Assembly: GCF_018350175.1 (NCBI RefSeq)
Contig: NC_058368.1
Coordinates: 115,632,001-115,696,000 of the forward strand
Source of the DNA: Felis catus
Taxonomy: Eukaryota
Length of the DNA: 64,000 nt
Direction: 5' to 3'
Part shown: in pieces, positions 32,585 through 46,045 of the stretch
Position numbering within the stretch: position 1 is the stretch's first letter
How the letters are laid out: every line of letters starts with the position of its first letter
The notes under the pieces: model-generated
What the model was told of the DNA's origin: nothing
Database searches by the model: none
What the model saw: only the letters and a program-made list of their open reading frames with translations
Position numbers and translations under genes: made by a program

Positions 32585-35090
32585 CCGGGGGAGGGAGGGC
32601 ACGATGCCCGCCGGGGGATGAGGTCAGCGCGGCAGGCACTTCTCCGCCAAGCCGGAGGCCAGCAGTGTCGAAAAGATCCTCTTGGCTAGACCCCTGCCCG
32701 GGCCTGAGATCCTAGATGGGCAGGGGAGGGCGCGCAACCCCTTCCTCCGGTGGGAAGCTCCTCCCGGTGGGGCCTCCTCTCTCCCCCCCCCCCCTCCCCG
32801 GGGAGGCAGGTGGAGCTGCGTCTTCATCTTTGTTCCCATCTGGAGCGCGTTTGGCGCGGCGTGGCGGGGGCGGGGCTGCGCCCCCGCGGTGCCCGGAGAG
32901 ACGGGCCCGCCCGCTTATCTGATCTGCGGCTAATTGAAACTCCCTGCTCGCGAAGGTCAGCTCGGTCCCCTGACAGCTGCCGAGCCGAGCCGGGCCGGAT
33001 GGAAAACCCGGGCTGTGCAGGGCCCGGCGGGGCGCGGTGGGGAGGGGTTGTGGGGGGCTGCTTCTGCGGCAAAGTAGACAAAGGCGGCCCCTCCCTCCTC
33101 GTGCGCGCCGCTGGGGGTCCCAGAGGTAGCGGCCCTCGCCCTCACCCGGCGGGGCGCTCCGGCCGGGTCACGTGACCTAAGGCCACAGAGGAGGGGGGGA
33201 CACCCTTAATCCCTACGCGTCCGCCCACCCGGCTCCCACGCCGGGGCCCCGTCTGGGGTCTCTGGGAGAGTCACCCCCAACTTCCTGCCCCTACCCCGCC
33301 TCCACGCCCCGGCTCTGAGACTTCCTGCCTCCCCGGCTCCGGGCAGCCCAGGCTGTGGGAAGCTGGCGGGGCGGGGGCGGCCTGATCCCCTCCCCCTGCA
33401 AGCTCGACAGGGCGCTGGGGGTCCGGGAGGAAGTGTGCGCGGTGGGGGGCACGGCCTGGCCCCGGGGAGGCCATCCGGTGGGGCAGGTGCGGTCTTAGCC
33501 CTGGGAGGGAGGGCTGGCGGGCTTGTTGCTAATGGTGCTGCGGCGGGGGGAGGGCACCGCGGGGAGCCCCGTTTCCAGGGTTCCGGGTGCGGATGTGGCT
33601 AGCTCAGGAGACTCCAACCCCGCCCGCCGCGCCCTAGGCGAGCCCAGGCCCTGAGCAGCCTGCACGCGTCCCCTCACCTCCCGCCTTTTGGGTCTAGGCT
33701 GAGGTGCTGGGGCGCTCCCAAGGTGTAACTTACAGCCTCCAGGCAGACCGCGCCCTTGAGCAAAGCCTTTTAGGCCTCGGCTTCCCCAGCCTGAAAAAAA
33801 TAACCCCAACCACAGCTACCATTTTTCAGAACCTCTTGCCAAACATAGTGTTAAGCGTTTAACGTACTTTGTCTCAAGGCTCACAATTCCATTTTGCTGA
33901 TGAGCAAGCTGAGACGCAGAGAGGTTGTGACTTGCCCGAAGTCACATAGCTAGTAAGTTACCCAGGAGGGACTTGGCTGACTCCAGAGTTCTTAACCACG
34001 GGTGGTCTCATTTTAGCAAGAGCTTTGGAGTTGTGCGCCTATATAGGTCGATCCCCCAGGGTATTCACAAGTGCGGTGAGCCCCTCGGCGGCTTCTTGCC
34101 GCACATGTTCCCGTCTTGGAGCTAGGCACGTGTTTCTTGGCGCATTCCCGCGTGCTAGAGCCCGGGGACAGAGGCACAACAGCCTAGCGCGCTGGTGCCC
34201 AGGTGCGCCGTTCTCGGTTGGGTCCCGGCAGAGTCATATGGCCTGAGCCGCGGGCTGAGTGGAGCGGGGGCGGGGAACTCGGAGTAGAGTCCACGCGGGC
34301 CGCGGCGCCTGGGAGGCCGCAATCCGGGCGCCTGCAGCCGGCGAGGCGCGGGGTGACGCGCGGGGGCCCAGCTACCGTGACCTCCTCCGCGGTTTCCATG
34401 GAGACGGTGCACTATAAATAAAAAAAAAAAAAGAGGAGGAATTTCAAACCCGTTTTCTACGGCGCTTGGCGGGAGGGGGGAGGAAAGCTCTCTTTGAATC
34501 GAGTTTCCCATTTCACCTTCCCAGGCGGTGGGAGAGCTTCCCCCGCAGCCCAGCCGGGAAATTGCCGCCCCTCACACCGCGTGGCGCCCCCCGAGGAAGC
34601 TAATTAGCGCAGCCCGGGGAGCTGGGGACTGGGGACCTGGCCCCGGGGGGCCGGGTCCCGCCTCTTAGGGGGGCGCCTACAAATTGCCACACCCCCCCAT
34701 CTCTCCAGGCGCGCACGCAGCCCGGCGCGGGCCGGGGCACAGGGCGCAGGCGGGAGGTCGCATCTGCAGCTTTGGCGCAATGAATCAGGCGCGGCCGCCG
34801 CCGCCGCCGCGGAGCGCGTCTGGCATCCGGAGTCTCCCGGGATCGAAAATAATTTGGGCAAAGCGGTGGGAGGTGTGTGCGCGCGCGCTCCGAGGGGAGG
34901 GCGGGGGAGCAGGCCGGGCGGGGTGCGCGGGGCGGGGGGAGGTGCCATCCGACAGCCCCGCTGTGGTGAGAACAGAGTTGACACTTCTTTCCTTTCCACT
35001 TACTGCGGCAAGTACGGAGAGGAAGCTTAACCCTCTCGCTGCTTGGAAGATTGGAGGCGCCGCGAGCGCCCTCGTGAGGGCGTGCCAGGG
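32585..35090. promoter_or_regulatory. Large orphan CpG island (interrupted by a MIR at ~33810-34000)
   Basis: Very high CpG and GC content, with (GCC)n at 34794-34810, GC boxes, an E-box palindrome, an X-box and a TATA-like element. No supportable coding exon. Confidence 0.88.
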
Positions 35091-36869
35091 TTGGGGGGCA
35101 GGTGTGTAGGGTCTTTTGAGACAGGACCTTGCTGCCTGTTGGCTTCAGCTCTCTGCCTCCTTACACTGGCGCCTGAACATTCCTCCAGTCATCCTTCGGG
35201 AGCTTTTCTCGGTTCCCCTTTATCTTCTTCAGATCTGGCTAGTGTCAGCCCTAGGGCCTCAGTTTCCCAACTTAACCAAGAGGATGGGAGTTCTGTAGCA
35301 CTTCCCCTATCTTGCCACCCGTTTTGCGACCCTCTGGGTTGGGCATTGGGCAGAGACGGGGGTGGGTGGTTAGGGCAATGGGTGCAGGAGTGGGAGCTCC
35401 ACCCTCCTTCATCTCCCGCTTACACTCTGGGCGCCCTTCATCAAAATGGCCGGGTTCCTGTTTTTGCTTCTGACGGCAGAAATGTCACCGCCGCTGCATT
35501 AAGCACACTCGGTGGGAACTGGGTTTGGCTCGAGGAGCTGGCGCTCAGCCCTGCCAAGCTGCTTGCTGCAGGGGGTTGGGTGGGCCGGCTGGCCAGTTGG
35601 CCTGGCTGGGGTCAGCCTTTGTCTGTATGGGTTCCTACCTTCCTGCCTCTCTGGCATCCCCAGGCTTCCCCTCCCTCAGCTTTGCTCAAGTTTCTTGGGG
35701 GGAGGGAGGCATCTGTTCAGACCCTTGTGGCCGTTTGGCCCAAGGATGGCCGGAAGAGATGATGGGGTAGGGGCAGAACTCACTTCTTCCTTCACATCCC
35801 CATGATGGGGAGCACCTCTGAAATTCATTATCTCCCCATTGGAGGAGGTTTGTCCATTGGATGAGGAACAAGCGGTAGCCAGGCCTCAGAGCATCCCCAG
35901 CTTTGTGACCTGAAGTTCCTCCAGCAGGGCCTAAGCAGGGGTGCTTTCCAATTTCCTTTACCTTCTTTGCAGCCAAGGGATCCCCCCGGCCCCCAGGGAT
36001 TCTCAAACCTTGGTGCACATCAGACCACTTGTGGATGTGGGGAGGGAGGGCAGATGTGGGGAATATGTAGAGTCTTGAGTCAGTGGGTCTGGGGTGGTCC
36101 TGTCATTGCTTGCTTCACAAGACCCCAGGGGAGGCCTTGGCTTTCACTTGGAGGCATGACCCCTTACGACCTCACCCAGGAATCAGAGCTAGGAGTCCTA
36201 CAGAGATCTGACGTCATGGCAATTAGCACTCTCACTGCACACCCTGGGAGATTGGGAGAGGAGAAGGGAGTGTCTAGGGTCACCTGGTAAGGTAGGGGCT
36301 TCATTGTTAAGAGTATGGCCTCTCTTGGCTCTGCCCCTAATCAACTGCATGCTGGAGAGCAGATGAGCTAAACTGTGCCTTGGTTTCCTCTTTTGTAAAA
36401 TCCGGATAACACTAGCAGTTATAACACACCAAAACGATGGGACACTGTGTGGGAAGTGCTGAGTGCAGGTCCAGGTACTTAGTTAATTCCATGATTAATG
36501 TGAACTTTGATTATCATTGTCATCACTATTAGAACCAGGACTGCAACTCAGGCCTGTGGTTCAGATGGTAGTTTTGGAAGCAGAGGGTCAGGCCCAACCA
36601 TCTCTGTCTGGTTCCCCAAGTCTGGTCCTTCAGGGGCTCCATCAGGTCCTGGGCAGGGAAGAGTGCGTGTAGGGCAGGAGTCAGTCCCATGAGACCAGGG
36701 GGTGGTCTCATCTGTGGGTGTCATCCGTCTGAAGCCCTAAGAAGGGTATCCTTTTTTACTCTACAGAAGTATTGCCCTCACATAGCTCTAATAGTTAGGG
36801 ATGCTCATTGGTCACTGGCCTGGTTAGTGCCTGAAGCCTCGCCCCTCCTAGACCCATGCCCAGGTACAC

Positions 36870-36989
36870 TTTTTTTTTTTTTAAAGTTTTTTTGTTTGCA
36901 TTTATTTATGTAACCTCTACATCCAGTGTAGGCCTTGAACTCAAGACCTCAAGGTGGCATGCTCTTCCCACTTAGCCAGCCAGGCGCCC
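36870..36989 (-). mobile_element. Short old-type CanSINE
   Basis: Poly-T followed by ccttgaactcaagacctc...gcatgctcttcccacttagccagccaggcgccc. Confidence 0.8.
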
Positions 36990-37439
36990 GCGGCTATGCT
37001 CCTTTGTCAAGTCTCAGATTCTCTGCTGGTGGGGAAAAGGCCAGGTAGCCTCCCGAGGGATGGCGGTGAGACAAGGAGTGTTGATTTTGGGCATTTTGGG
37101 AGCAGGAACAGGATGGGAATGGGGATGTGGGATTCCACCTCCCTTAGGAGCTCAAGGAGGACGTAGGACCAAAATGTTACTGGAACATAGGGCTGATGTC
37201 TGCTAAATTCAGGGGCTTTGGGCCTACTGGTTTCTGAAGTGTCACCCAGGGATTATGGTCAGAATGCTGGAAGGACTTTCTGAAAACGAGGGCTGTGTTC
37301 TGGAGAGGGTCCTAAGGTGGCGCCTGGACACAAGAGCGTTTTCAAGTCTGACTTTGGGAAGGGGTGTGTGTTTACTTGAGCCTGGTGGATGGCTGAGATG
37401 ATCTCTTAGAGCTCCTTCCTTAGAGGGCCCTGCTGTTGT

Positions 37440-37790
37440 CACACACACTTGCCCACACGTCTACCCTTGCTCAGCCAATACTCATCCAGATTCACATTGG
37501 TCCTCATGTTTTGATGCCTCCACATACACATTTTTATACACACATGCTAAAACATCACACGTGCAATGCATATATATATATACATCTAGGCATGAACACA
37601 CACAAGTATACACTTGGATATCCAGATGCACAGAAATTAACATGCGTGTACCCGTGGGTATCCTCATGCACCCATGCACACATCAGTACCTGTGTACACA
37701 CATTAACACCCATGTACACACACATGAATACACATGGGCAAATGCCTAGGCGTTTACTCTCTCATCAGCTCATTTGTGTGTATATGGATT
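37440..37790 (+). repeat. CA-rich degenerate low-complexity region
   Basis: Imperfect (CA)/(CATA) repeats. Confidence 0.75.
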
Positions 37791-38118
37791 GCCTGTTTCC
37801 CACAAGGATAGAGCTTCATTGCCAACTACCCCAGAGAACAGAGATTTGGTCAACCATGCGTAGTGCTCAGCAGTTGTACAATACAGTGTTATTTGGAATA
37901 GATGATTAAATGTATAAGTGTGTACAGGAATGTATGAGTCAATAATAACCAGATAGTAAAAGCACCCACTGTTTATTGAGCACGTACTTTGTGTCTAATC
38001 CTTGGCTAAGTGCTGTCTTCACAGGTATCACCTCATCTAAGCCTAAGTAGGAAGCGAGTGCTATTATAATTCCTGTTTAGGCCTGTGGGAACTGAGGCTC
38101 TGAGAAATGGTCAGTACC

Positions 38119-38530
38119 TGTATTAGTGTCCCAGGATGCCCTACCAAAGTACCACAGGCTGGGCGGCTTCACCCACAGACATTTATTGTCTCACAGTTCT
38201 GGAGATTAGAAGTCCAGATCAAGATATTGGCCACCTCCTTTTAAAGGCTATGAGGGAAGGAACTGTTCCAGTCCTCTGTCCTTGACTCGTAGATGGCCGT
38301 CTTCTCTGTATGTCTTTATATCGTCTTCCTTGTGTGAGTGCCTGTGGCCAAATTTTCCCCTTCTTGTAAAGATACCAGTCGTACTGGATGCGAGCCCACC
38401 CCAATGACCTCATTTTAACTTGATTATCTCTGTAAGGACTCTGTCTCCAAATAAGGTCACATTCTGAGGTCCTGGGGGTTAGAGACATCAGCATATGAAC
38501 TTCGGGGAGGACACAATTCAACCCATAACA
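38119..38530 (-). mobile_element. MaLR solo LTR (MLT1B/C-like) inserted in a MIR
   Basis: Termini tgtattagt...cacaattcaacccataaca with a 5-bp TSD gtacc/ctacc. MIR halves lie on each side. Confidence 0.87.
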
Positions 38531-38624
38531 CTACCCAAGGTCACATGTCTAGAAAGTAGGGTAAGCAGGATTTGATCCAAGATCTGGAATGCCAGAGCCC
38601 ACACTTAGCTCTTATTCTGTGTTG

Positions 38625-38626
<2 letters not shown>

Positions 38627-38664
<38 letters not shown>
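38627..38664 (+). repeat. (GT)19 microsatellite
   Basis: Read directly. Confidence 0.97.
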
Positions 38665-38666
<2 letters not shown>

Positions 38667-40054
38667 TAGTGGTCACTGTCTGTAGCTCCCATCTCCCACC
38701 AGCACGTGGGCATCTAGTGCCTGTGTGCATGAGCGGCCAGTGGCCCTGCCTCACTGGCACGCTGGTAGCTTTAATGCTCCTTTGGCTATGATATGGGGAC
38801 CCAAAGCTGTTCTCCAGGACCCTGGTGGCTGGTGCTGCCCGACAAGTCAACAATGACAGGAATGCTTGGAGGTGCACACAGGGGCCGGGGCTGCCTGACT
38901 CCCTCCACCAGCTGCCATCTCGGATCCTGCGGCCTCATTTCAGAGGCTGCTGGCTTTGAAACACTCGGCCCAGTCAGGCGGGAAGCTGGAGCCAGTGTGG
39001 GGGCAGGGGGCAGTCACGAGGCCTTCCTGCATCAGCTGGGGCAGCTAGGACTAGGCAGGCCCTGTGCCGACCTTTGTCCTGATAGCCCGAACCTTTCCTT
39101 GTGCTGCAAGAAGGCAGAGGGGCTGGACCTTACCCCTCCTGCTCCTCTGAGCTTGGCTAGAGATGCTAAAAAAGAAACCCGGCCCTTGGGCCAAAGAGGG
39201 AGAAAAAGCCCCCAGTCTGATGAGGGAGGCACCGCCTCAATCCTACAAGGACCCCAGACTTGGGCCTCACGGCCTCTGCTGTCAGAGGTTTTTCAGTTTG
39301 AAGAGTCCTAGTTTTTCTGAGTCTCAGTCTGTCCATCCATGCAGTGGGGATGATAGTCCAGTTTGCTATGAAGGTTCTGGAGTTAATATGGTAGGGACCA
39401 GGATTGACATGGGCATCTTACTCCCTGCATAGCTATAGCATTCAGGGGGATGATGATGATATGGTGATGGGTAATATTTACTGAGCATCGATAGGGTCTC
39501 AAACTAAATGCTTACTGCATTCTTTACCTAATTATTTACCTAATCATTTAATCCTTCCAAAAAGTCCAGGAGGCAGCTACCATCATCACTGCCATTTTCT
39601 AGGTGAAGAAATGGGTTCAGTGAGGTGAACTTGCCCAAAGTCACCCAGTGAGAGAGTAGAGGTTTGACCCTACTCTATGCATTCACAGCAGGCCCTGAAC
39701 TTGCATGAAGATGAGGGTCTCTAGATGGAAGGCCTGGGAGTGAGACTCTCCCATGGCTAGTAATGGTTCTGGTGTTGGGGTCCCCACACTCTGAGCCCTA
39801 CCCTTGCCTTGGGGTGGGGTCTGAGGTGTGTTCATAATGATGACAATATGTATCCTTCACCAAGGTGAATCAAGCACCTGACTCCACACCTTTGAATTTG
39901 GTCCTCACAGCAGCCCTGTAGGAATTATGATGATACAGAGTGCTGGAGTCAGTCTCCAGAACAAGTTGGAAGGGCTGCACAGGTCTCAAACTCAGGTCTC
40001 CTGAGTCCATGAGGATAGTCTTTCTGCTAGAGGCAGGCAAGTGTCTTTGGATGC

Positions 40055-40260
40055 TTTTTTAAGTTTATTTATTTATTTATTAATTATGATTTTCTAACAT
40101 TTATTTATTTTTAAGGGAGACGGGGACAGAGGATCTGAAGCAGGGTCCATGCTGACAGCAGAGAGCCTGATGTGGGGCTTGAACTCAGGAACCGTGAGAT
40201 CATGACCTGAGCTGAAATCAAGAGTCAGACCTTCAATCGACTGAGCCACCCAGGCACCCC
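40055..40260 (-). mobile_element. CanSINE
   Basis: Reverse head gactgagccacccaggcacccc. The flanking direct repeat is aggcaggcaagt(g/a)tctttgg. Confidence 0.92.
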
Positions 40261-40487
40261 AACAGGCAGGCAAGTATCTTTGGGTCATTTCAGAACAAAA
40301 GTTCTGGTTCCTTTCCCCAGTGCTGGGTTGCTGGAACTGTGACTGAATGTAGGGAGAGGTAAGGAGAGCTTGTGGGTTCACAAGAACCAGTTCCCAATAG
40401 CAACACCAGTGTCAATAGTTGACATGTATTGAACACTCACTTTGTGGCATGGGTGATGTATATGTGTGTTTTTGTAGCCTTAGAATC

Positions 40488-40947
40488 TTTTTTTTTTTTT
40501 TTTTTAGGGGGAGAGAGACAGATAGAGCAAGAGAGCACGGATGGGGAGAGAAACAGAGGAAGAGAGAGAGAGGTTTTTTTTTTTTAATTTTTAAAGATTT
40601 ATTTTTAATTTTTTAAGAATATATATTTTTGAGAGAGGGAGGGAGAGAGAGATCACAGTGGGGGAGGGGTAGAGAGAGAGGGAGACACAGAATCCGAAGC
40701 AAGCTCTAGGCTCTGAGCTGTCAGCACAGTTTATTTATTCTGAGAGAGTGTGTGTATGAAAGCGGAGGTGGGGGGGGGAGAGAGAGAGAGAGAGAGAGAA
40801 AGAAAGAGAGAATCCCAAGCAGGCTCCATGCTCAGCATGGAGACCAATGCAGGGCTCAAATTCACCATTGCAAAATCACTGCAAAATCATGACCTGAGCC
40901 AAAATCAAGAGTCAATCACACAACAGACTGAGCCACCGAGGCGCCCC
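40488..40947 (-). mobile_element. Composite of nested or truncated CanSINEs
   Basis: Several T-tail/(GA)n segments and one complete head ending gcgcccc. Outer TSD ct(t/c)agaatctt. Confidence 0.85.
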
Positions 40948-43900
40948 CTCTCAGAATCTTCCTTAACAGCATCCTTCAGGCAGCTGCGGCCAACGAAGAC
41001 GAGTAGGCACAGGAACTCCGTTCAAATAAGCCAATTTTAGTAAGCACCTGTGCTGAAGCAGGCACTGGGCTGGGCCCACGGGATGTAGGGGACAACAAGA
41101 GCAACATGTGGAAGGCAGATGTAAGATGTTGTGATGATATAGGGGAACAGCTAGACCGTGGGGACACAGACGCCAGGGCTAGGAAGGATTTCCCAGACGA
41201 AGTAATATTTAAGCTGAGAACGGAGAGTTAATACGGTTTAGCCAGGCAAGAATGGGTTGGGGGAGGGGAAGAGTTCTAGGCTGAGAGAACAGCCTAGAAC
41301 CAGGGAGGCCTGAAGGTGGGGAGAGAACAGCCTCTCTGATGAACTTAAGGAAGCTAACTATGGCAGAGAATGGCATGTGAAGGGCTGTTGGGGAGGGCAG
41401 AGCATTGACTCAGGGCACTGCAGGCCAGGATAAGAGGTCTGGTTCCGACCCTGTGGTATGGGATCTGCTGATCCAGCTTCCATCCCTGTTTCCATGTGGT
41501 ACTTTCCTATCTCCAAGACCCTTTCACATCAGTCAGATCCACCCAATACTCTTAGAAGTAGGTGGGGTATGGGTCACTGTGCCCATTTTATAGATGAGGA
41601 AACTGAATCGCAGAGGTTACAAGCTTGGTCCATTTTACCTGGTACGGCTGGTAAGAGGGGCACTGGGCCTCAGCCCCAGACATCTTCAGGCAGGTGCTGA
41701 GCCAAGGGTCTGGGCTACTTGCAGGAAATCAGTGTGGATTCTGGGACAATGGTTACAGGGTGGGGTAGAGGCACAGTCTGGTTTAGGGAAGCCCTGGGAC
41801 TGTAGGGGGAGGGTGGGGATTCCTCCCCCTGAAGCTCCAGGCTGCACAGGACTGCTGCTGCCTCCCTTTCTCCCTCTTGCAGTCCATCCCCAGTGGCTTG
41901 CAGGGGGTGAGTCAGCCTGGATGAAGTCACCCACTTCCTTGCAGCCTGCGCCCCCTGACCTGGAAGGCGCCTGCCAGGGGCACCAGCCGAGCCGGAGGAC
42001 AAGCTGGGCAGCTCTCCAGGTCGCTCCCTCGCAGTTGATTTAGGGGGGCTGGAGGTGTCCGGAGCCATCAGAAGCAGCTGGGTGTCTGGGGCTGCGAGGC
42101 CCATAAGTCATGCCACCACCCGCCGTTCCCCGCAGTGCTCCCCGAGAGGTCTGTGATGAATCGCCAGGGACTGGGCTCATCAAAATCAGTTTATGCCAAA
42201 AGGAAATTAATTTCTGTTTCTCTGAGATGGGGTGTGGGGAAGGCAAGGGCAGCTCCAGAGTCAGGCCTGTGACAACACTGTGGGGAGGGGCTGGAGTCCT
42301 ACAGTGTGGCCATCGTGGTCCCTGGGCTAGATGGAGGTCCTGCCCATGCTATTGAGGGGGTGACTGAGTCTCCAAAGGAGCCTCAGATTTTGTTCTTTTT
42401 ATTAGTTCTTTCTCTCCTCCTCCCTTCTCTATTTCTGTAAGTATTTCTTAGCACCTACTATGTGCCAGGCACTGTTCTATGGTGAGAACACTATAGTGCA
42501 TGGGACAGAGTCCTGCTTTCATGGAGCATACGTTCTGGTTAGGTAAGACACAGACTGGTAATAGATACGTAAGAAAGTGTAAGGGGAGAGTGCTAGGCCA
42601 GCCTTAAAACAGGGTGGATATGACCAACTTACCTAGCTGATCCAGTGGTCAGGGAAGACCTCTGAAGAGTTAGGTAAGCTGATACTTGAGTTTGGGGAAG
42701 AAGATAGCCTACCAGTTGTTAGGCAACTCAATATCTAGCCCTGTTGGGGCTGGGGCTGGGGCTGGGGCTGGGATAGGAGGAGAGTGCATTTTAGGAGAAG
42801 GAACCAATGAATATAAAGGCAGGAAACTCCCAGCCAAGCACTCCCCTTGTGAGCCCTGGCTGCCGACTGAGTCCACCGTGTGCCCAGCCTGGGGCCTGGT
42901 TGTGTCGGTGGTGGGGTGGGGGTGGGGGCAGGCTGGGTACATGGCTCTGCTTCCTGGAATGTCTGTCTTACTAGGAGGAGAGTTCGGTAATTGAATACAT
43001 TATCTTTATTAGAAACAAGAATGGACTGCTTATAGGGAAATTCATAAGATTCTTTAAAGATGAAAGAGGAGATGTCAAAGAAACATCCGGTGGGACAGCT
43101 GGCCCTGGCCCAGCGATCTGGTTTCAGTATTCTTGAGCCCTGGGGCTGATTTGTGGTAAGGTGTGAGCAGCTGAGTCAGTCCTTTCTCCACCCAGCTTTA
43201 CTTGAGTCCCTCTGTCTGTTAGGAGCCCTCAGTGGCTCCCCGTTGCCCAGTACCAAGAATAACAGTTGTTAGTTCTTGACTAGTTACTTTAGGCTGGGCA
43301 GAGCGCTTGTCTGAATTCTCAGAACAATGCTATGAGGTGGATACTTTTATTATTTTCATTTCGCAGATAAGGAATGTGAGCCTTGGAGAGGGGAAGAGAC
43401 TTTTCCAAGGTCCTGTAGCTGGTCAGTGACAAAGTCAGGATTCACACTCACAGCCTGAGCCATTAATTGCCACAGCCTCCCCTGTAGGTGCATCCCACTC
43501 TTATGGACTCTTGATCCGCTTTCTCCTTATCCTGTGCTCCACCAAACTAGCACAGAGCTCCTTTGCTGCTCCCCAACCATGCTACCCAGGGTCCCACCTC
43601 AAAACCTTTGCATGTGCTGTTCTCTCCATTTGCAGTCCCTTCCTCCCCCAGCTTTTTGTTGAAACCCTGACCGTTCTCCATGGTTTAGTTCGGCTTCTTC
43701 CTTCCCCGTGAAGTCACGCGTTTATTCTCACAAACAAGGAAGCTGCCCTTTATGTCTTATGCCCCACAGTTCTATTGGGGCTACTCTCTGGGCCCTAATC
43801 ACACGTATTTTGTGTGCCCAGAGATTGGAGTGTGACAGTCTAGGATTTAGATTTTGGTCTCGTTTCTGTCACATATTGACTCTGCCATCTTGGGAGGGGA

Positions 43901-44331
43901 ACAACCTTTGTAAGCCTCAGTTTCTTCATTAGTAAAGTGAAGCTATAGTGGGGAGCAAATAGACGATGAATTAGAATCTCATCATAGAGTCCAGTTAGCA
44001 CCGAATAAGTGGCGACTATTGTTACATAGCCTTTCCCAGCCTCGGTTTTATCATCTATAAAGTAGAAGAAATAGGAGAAATACAGTAATTCAATGCTCCC
44101 TTGTAGGGTGGTCATAAAAGAGTATCTGCTACACAGCTAGCTGGTGCTCAACCAGAGAGGTCAGATTTAGGGATTCATCACATTTCTTTCCCTCCCAGGC
44201 CCAGCCCAGGGTTTTGTGGGTTGGAGAATATTTTTTCAGAAGTTGAGGTAGATTTACATTTCCGAGGGATATGGCCTCCCTCAGTCCAGGCAGCCCTCAA
44301 ACCCAGTCTGGGTGCCCATAGCATGTCTAAT

Positions 44332-44367
<36 letters not shown>
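44332..44367 (+). repeat. (ATC)12 microsatellite
   Basis: Read directly. It explains the poly-M and poly-I ORFs. Confidence 0.96.
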
Positions 44368-44369
<2 letters not shown>

Positions 44370-44976
44370 TAATTTTTTTGATATGGGCAACTGGTATTTT
44401 CTTCATTTTATGTAAAGCACTTTTGGAAAACTTTGCTCTTATTGATCTGTAACCTATTATTTAAGTACAGTTAGTGGCTGCACATGCAGCTTCAAGTAAA
44501 GCCCCCAGTTCCCTTCCAAACAGACAGCTACGAGTCCTTCCTAAGTAGCAATTTGGGAATGCTCTCTATCCAGCGCCCCCCCCCCCCCCCCCACTGCCCT
44601 TCTTGGTTATGAAGCAAATTCTCTGGAAACTGTTCTTTAGTGGCTGGAGTGGGAGGGGTGGTGGTGGGGGAAGACCCCAGGTCCTCACAGAAGGAGGCCT
44701 TCAGCCACCTTCACGGGGAGACCAGGTCTGAATAGAATTAGCAGAAAGATGGACTGACCCAGGGGCAAGCTGGGAAATCTACTTTGAGGTGGGGGAGGGG
44801 CTGTCCTTAGAAGGCCAGTGGGGCCTTCTTCCCTAAAGACCTGCAGTCTTTCCTACCCATTCTTCAGGGCAACTGTCAGTTCACTTTCAGAGCCGAGAAG
44901 ACTAAGTGCCAATGGTCCTCATCTTGGGGCTATTTCTCTAGGGATTGGGATGGATCCTACTGTAGAAGTAGAGACA

Positions 44977-45205
44977 GGGGTGCCTGGGTGGTTCGGTGGG
45001 TTGGGTGTCCGACTTCAGCTCAGGTCATGATCTCACGGTTCATCAGTTCAAACCCCATGTCAGGCTCTGTGCTGACAGCTCAGAGCCTGGAGCCTGCTTT
45101 GGATTCTGTCTCCCTCCCTCTCTGCCCCTCCCCTGCTCATGCTCTGTCTGTCTCTCTCTCTCAAAAAAAAAAAAAAAAAAAAAAAAAGAATAAATGTTAA
45201 AAAAA
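44977..45205 (+). mobile_element. CanSINE (SINEC_Fc-like)
   Basis: Contains the felid-type segment gctgacagctcagagcctggagcctgctttggattctg. Degenerate TSD tagaagt(tc)agagaca. Confidence 0.93.
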
Positions 45206-45815
45206 GATGTTAGAAGTTCAGAGACAGCCAATGGGAGGCTTGATTGTGTCTTCTTTTGGGGCCACAACCAATGGAAATGGAGCTTTTCAGAGGAGGAGGC
45301 TGTGTCCAAAGAGTAGCCCTTGAGGGTGGGGGTTCCTGCAGTCTGGCTGGTCCATTGGGTGCCCAGGTGTCCCTGGTTGGGGTCTGAGCATCAGTTTGAA
45401 AGCATTGGAGGAGCTGGAGAAACTACTTTGTAGTTTGGAAAATTGGGTTAAGAATAGAGAAAGGGGGCATCAAACCCTGGGAAGAGTATCTTTTTGGTTC
45501 ATGGTGCCTGAGAATTTCAAGAGATCCTTTGTCTGGAGGGACATGGAGACCTGGGAGTAACTGAGCCTCCAGGTGGCTCTGTAGGCCTGGTAGCCCCTCC
45601 CTCCTCCCCTTCCCCTCCCCGATATTCCACAGCCCTATGTATCCAGGAACAGCAGAGGCTTTGCAGCGAGTGACAAAGCAGATGGTATGTGGTGTCAAGA
45701 GGAGAGAGAACTCCTTGGGCTTGTCTGGTCAACCTTTACCTCCTCTGCCCTAGAGTGTTGAGAGTCCAGCCATCTTTACTGTATATTCACTTATTTAATC
45801 AACAGTGTTTCTTAA

Positions 45816-46045
45816 GGGGTGCCTGGGTGGCTCAGTTGGTTAAGCGTCCCACTCTTGATTTCAGCTCAGGTGATGACCTCAGAGTTTGTGAGTTCGAGCC
45901 CCATGTTGAGCTGCAGGCTGACAGCACAGAGCCTGCTTGGGATTCTCTCTCTCCTCTCTCTCTGCCGCAACCTCGTGTGCATGCATGTACTCACTCTGTC
46001 TCTCTTCTCAAAATAAATAAATAAACTTGAAAAACAACAACAACA
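45816..46045 (+). mobile_element. CanSINE
   Basis: Head ggggtgcctgggtggctcagttggttaagcgtcc and an A-rich tail. Confidence 0.92.

Noticed and set aside
35043..35762. 239-aa ORF, the longest outside CXXC5
   Set aside because: Non-ATG start, GC-rich, includes MIR-like sequence (~35230-35300), no recognisable domain.
44178..44415. Poly-Met and poly-Ile ORFs
   Set aside because: Translation of the (ATC)12 microsatellite.
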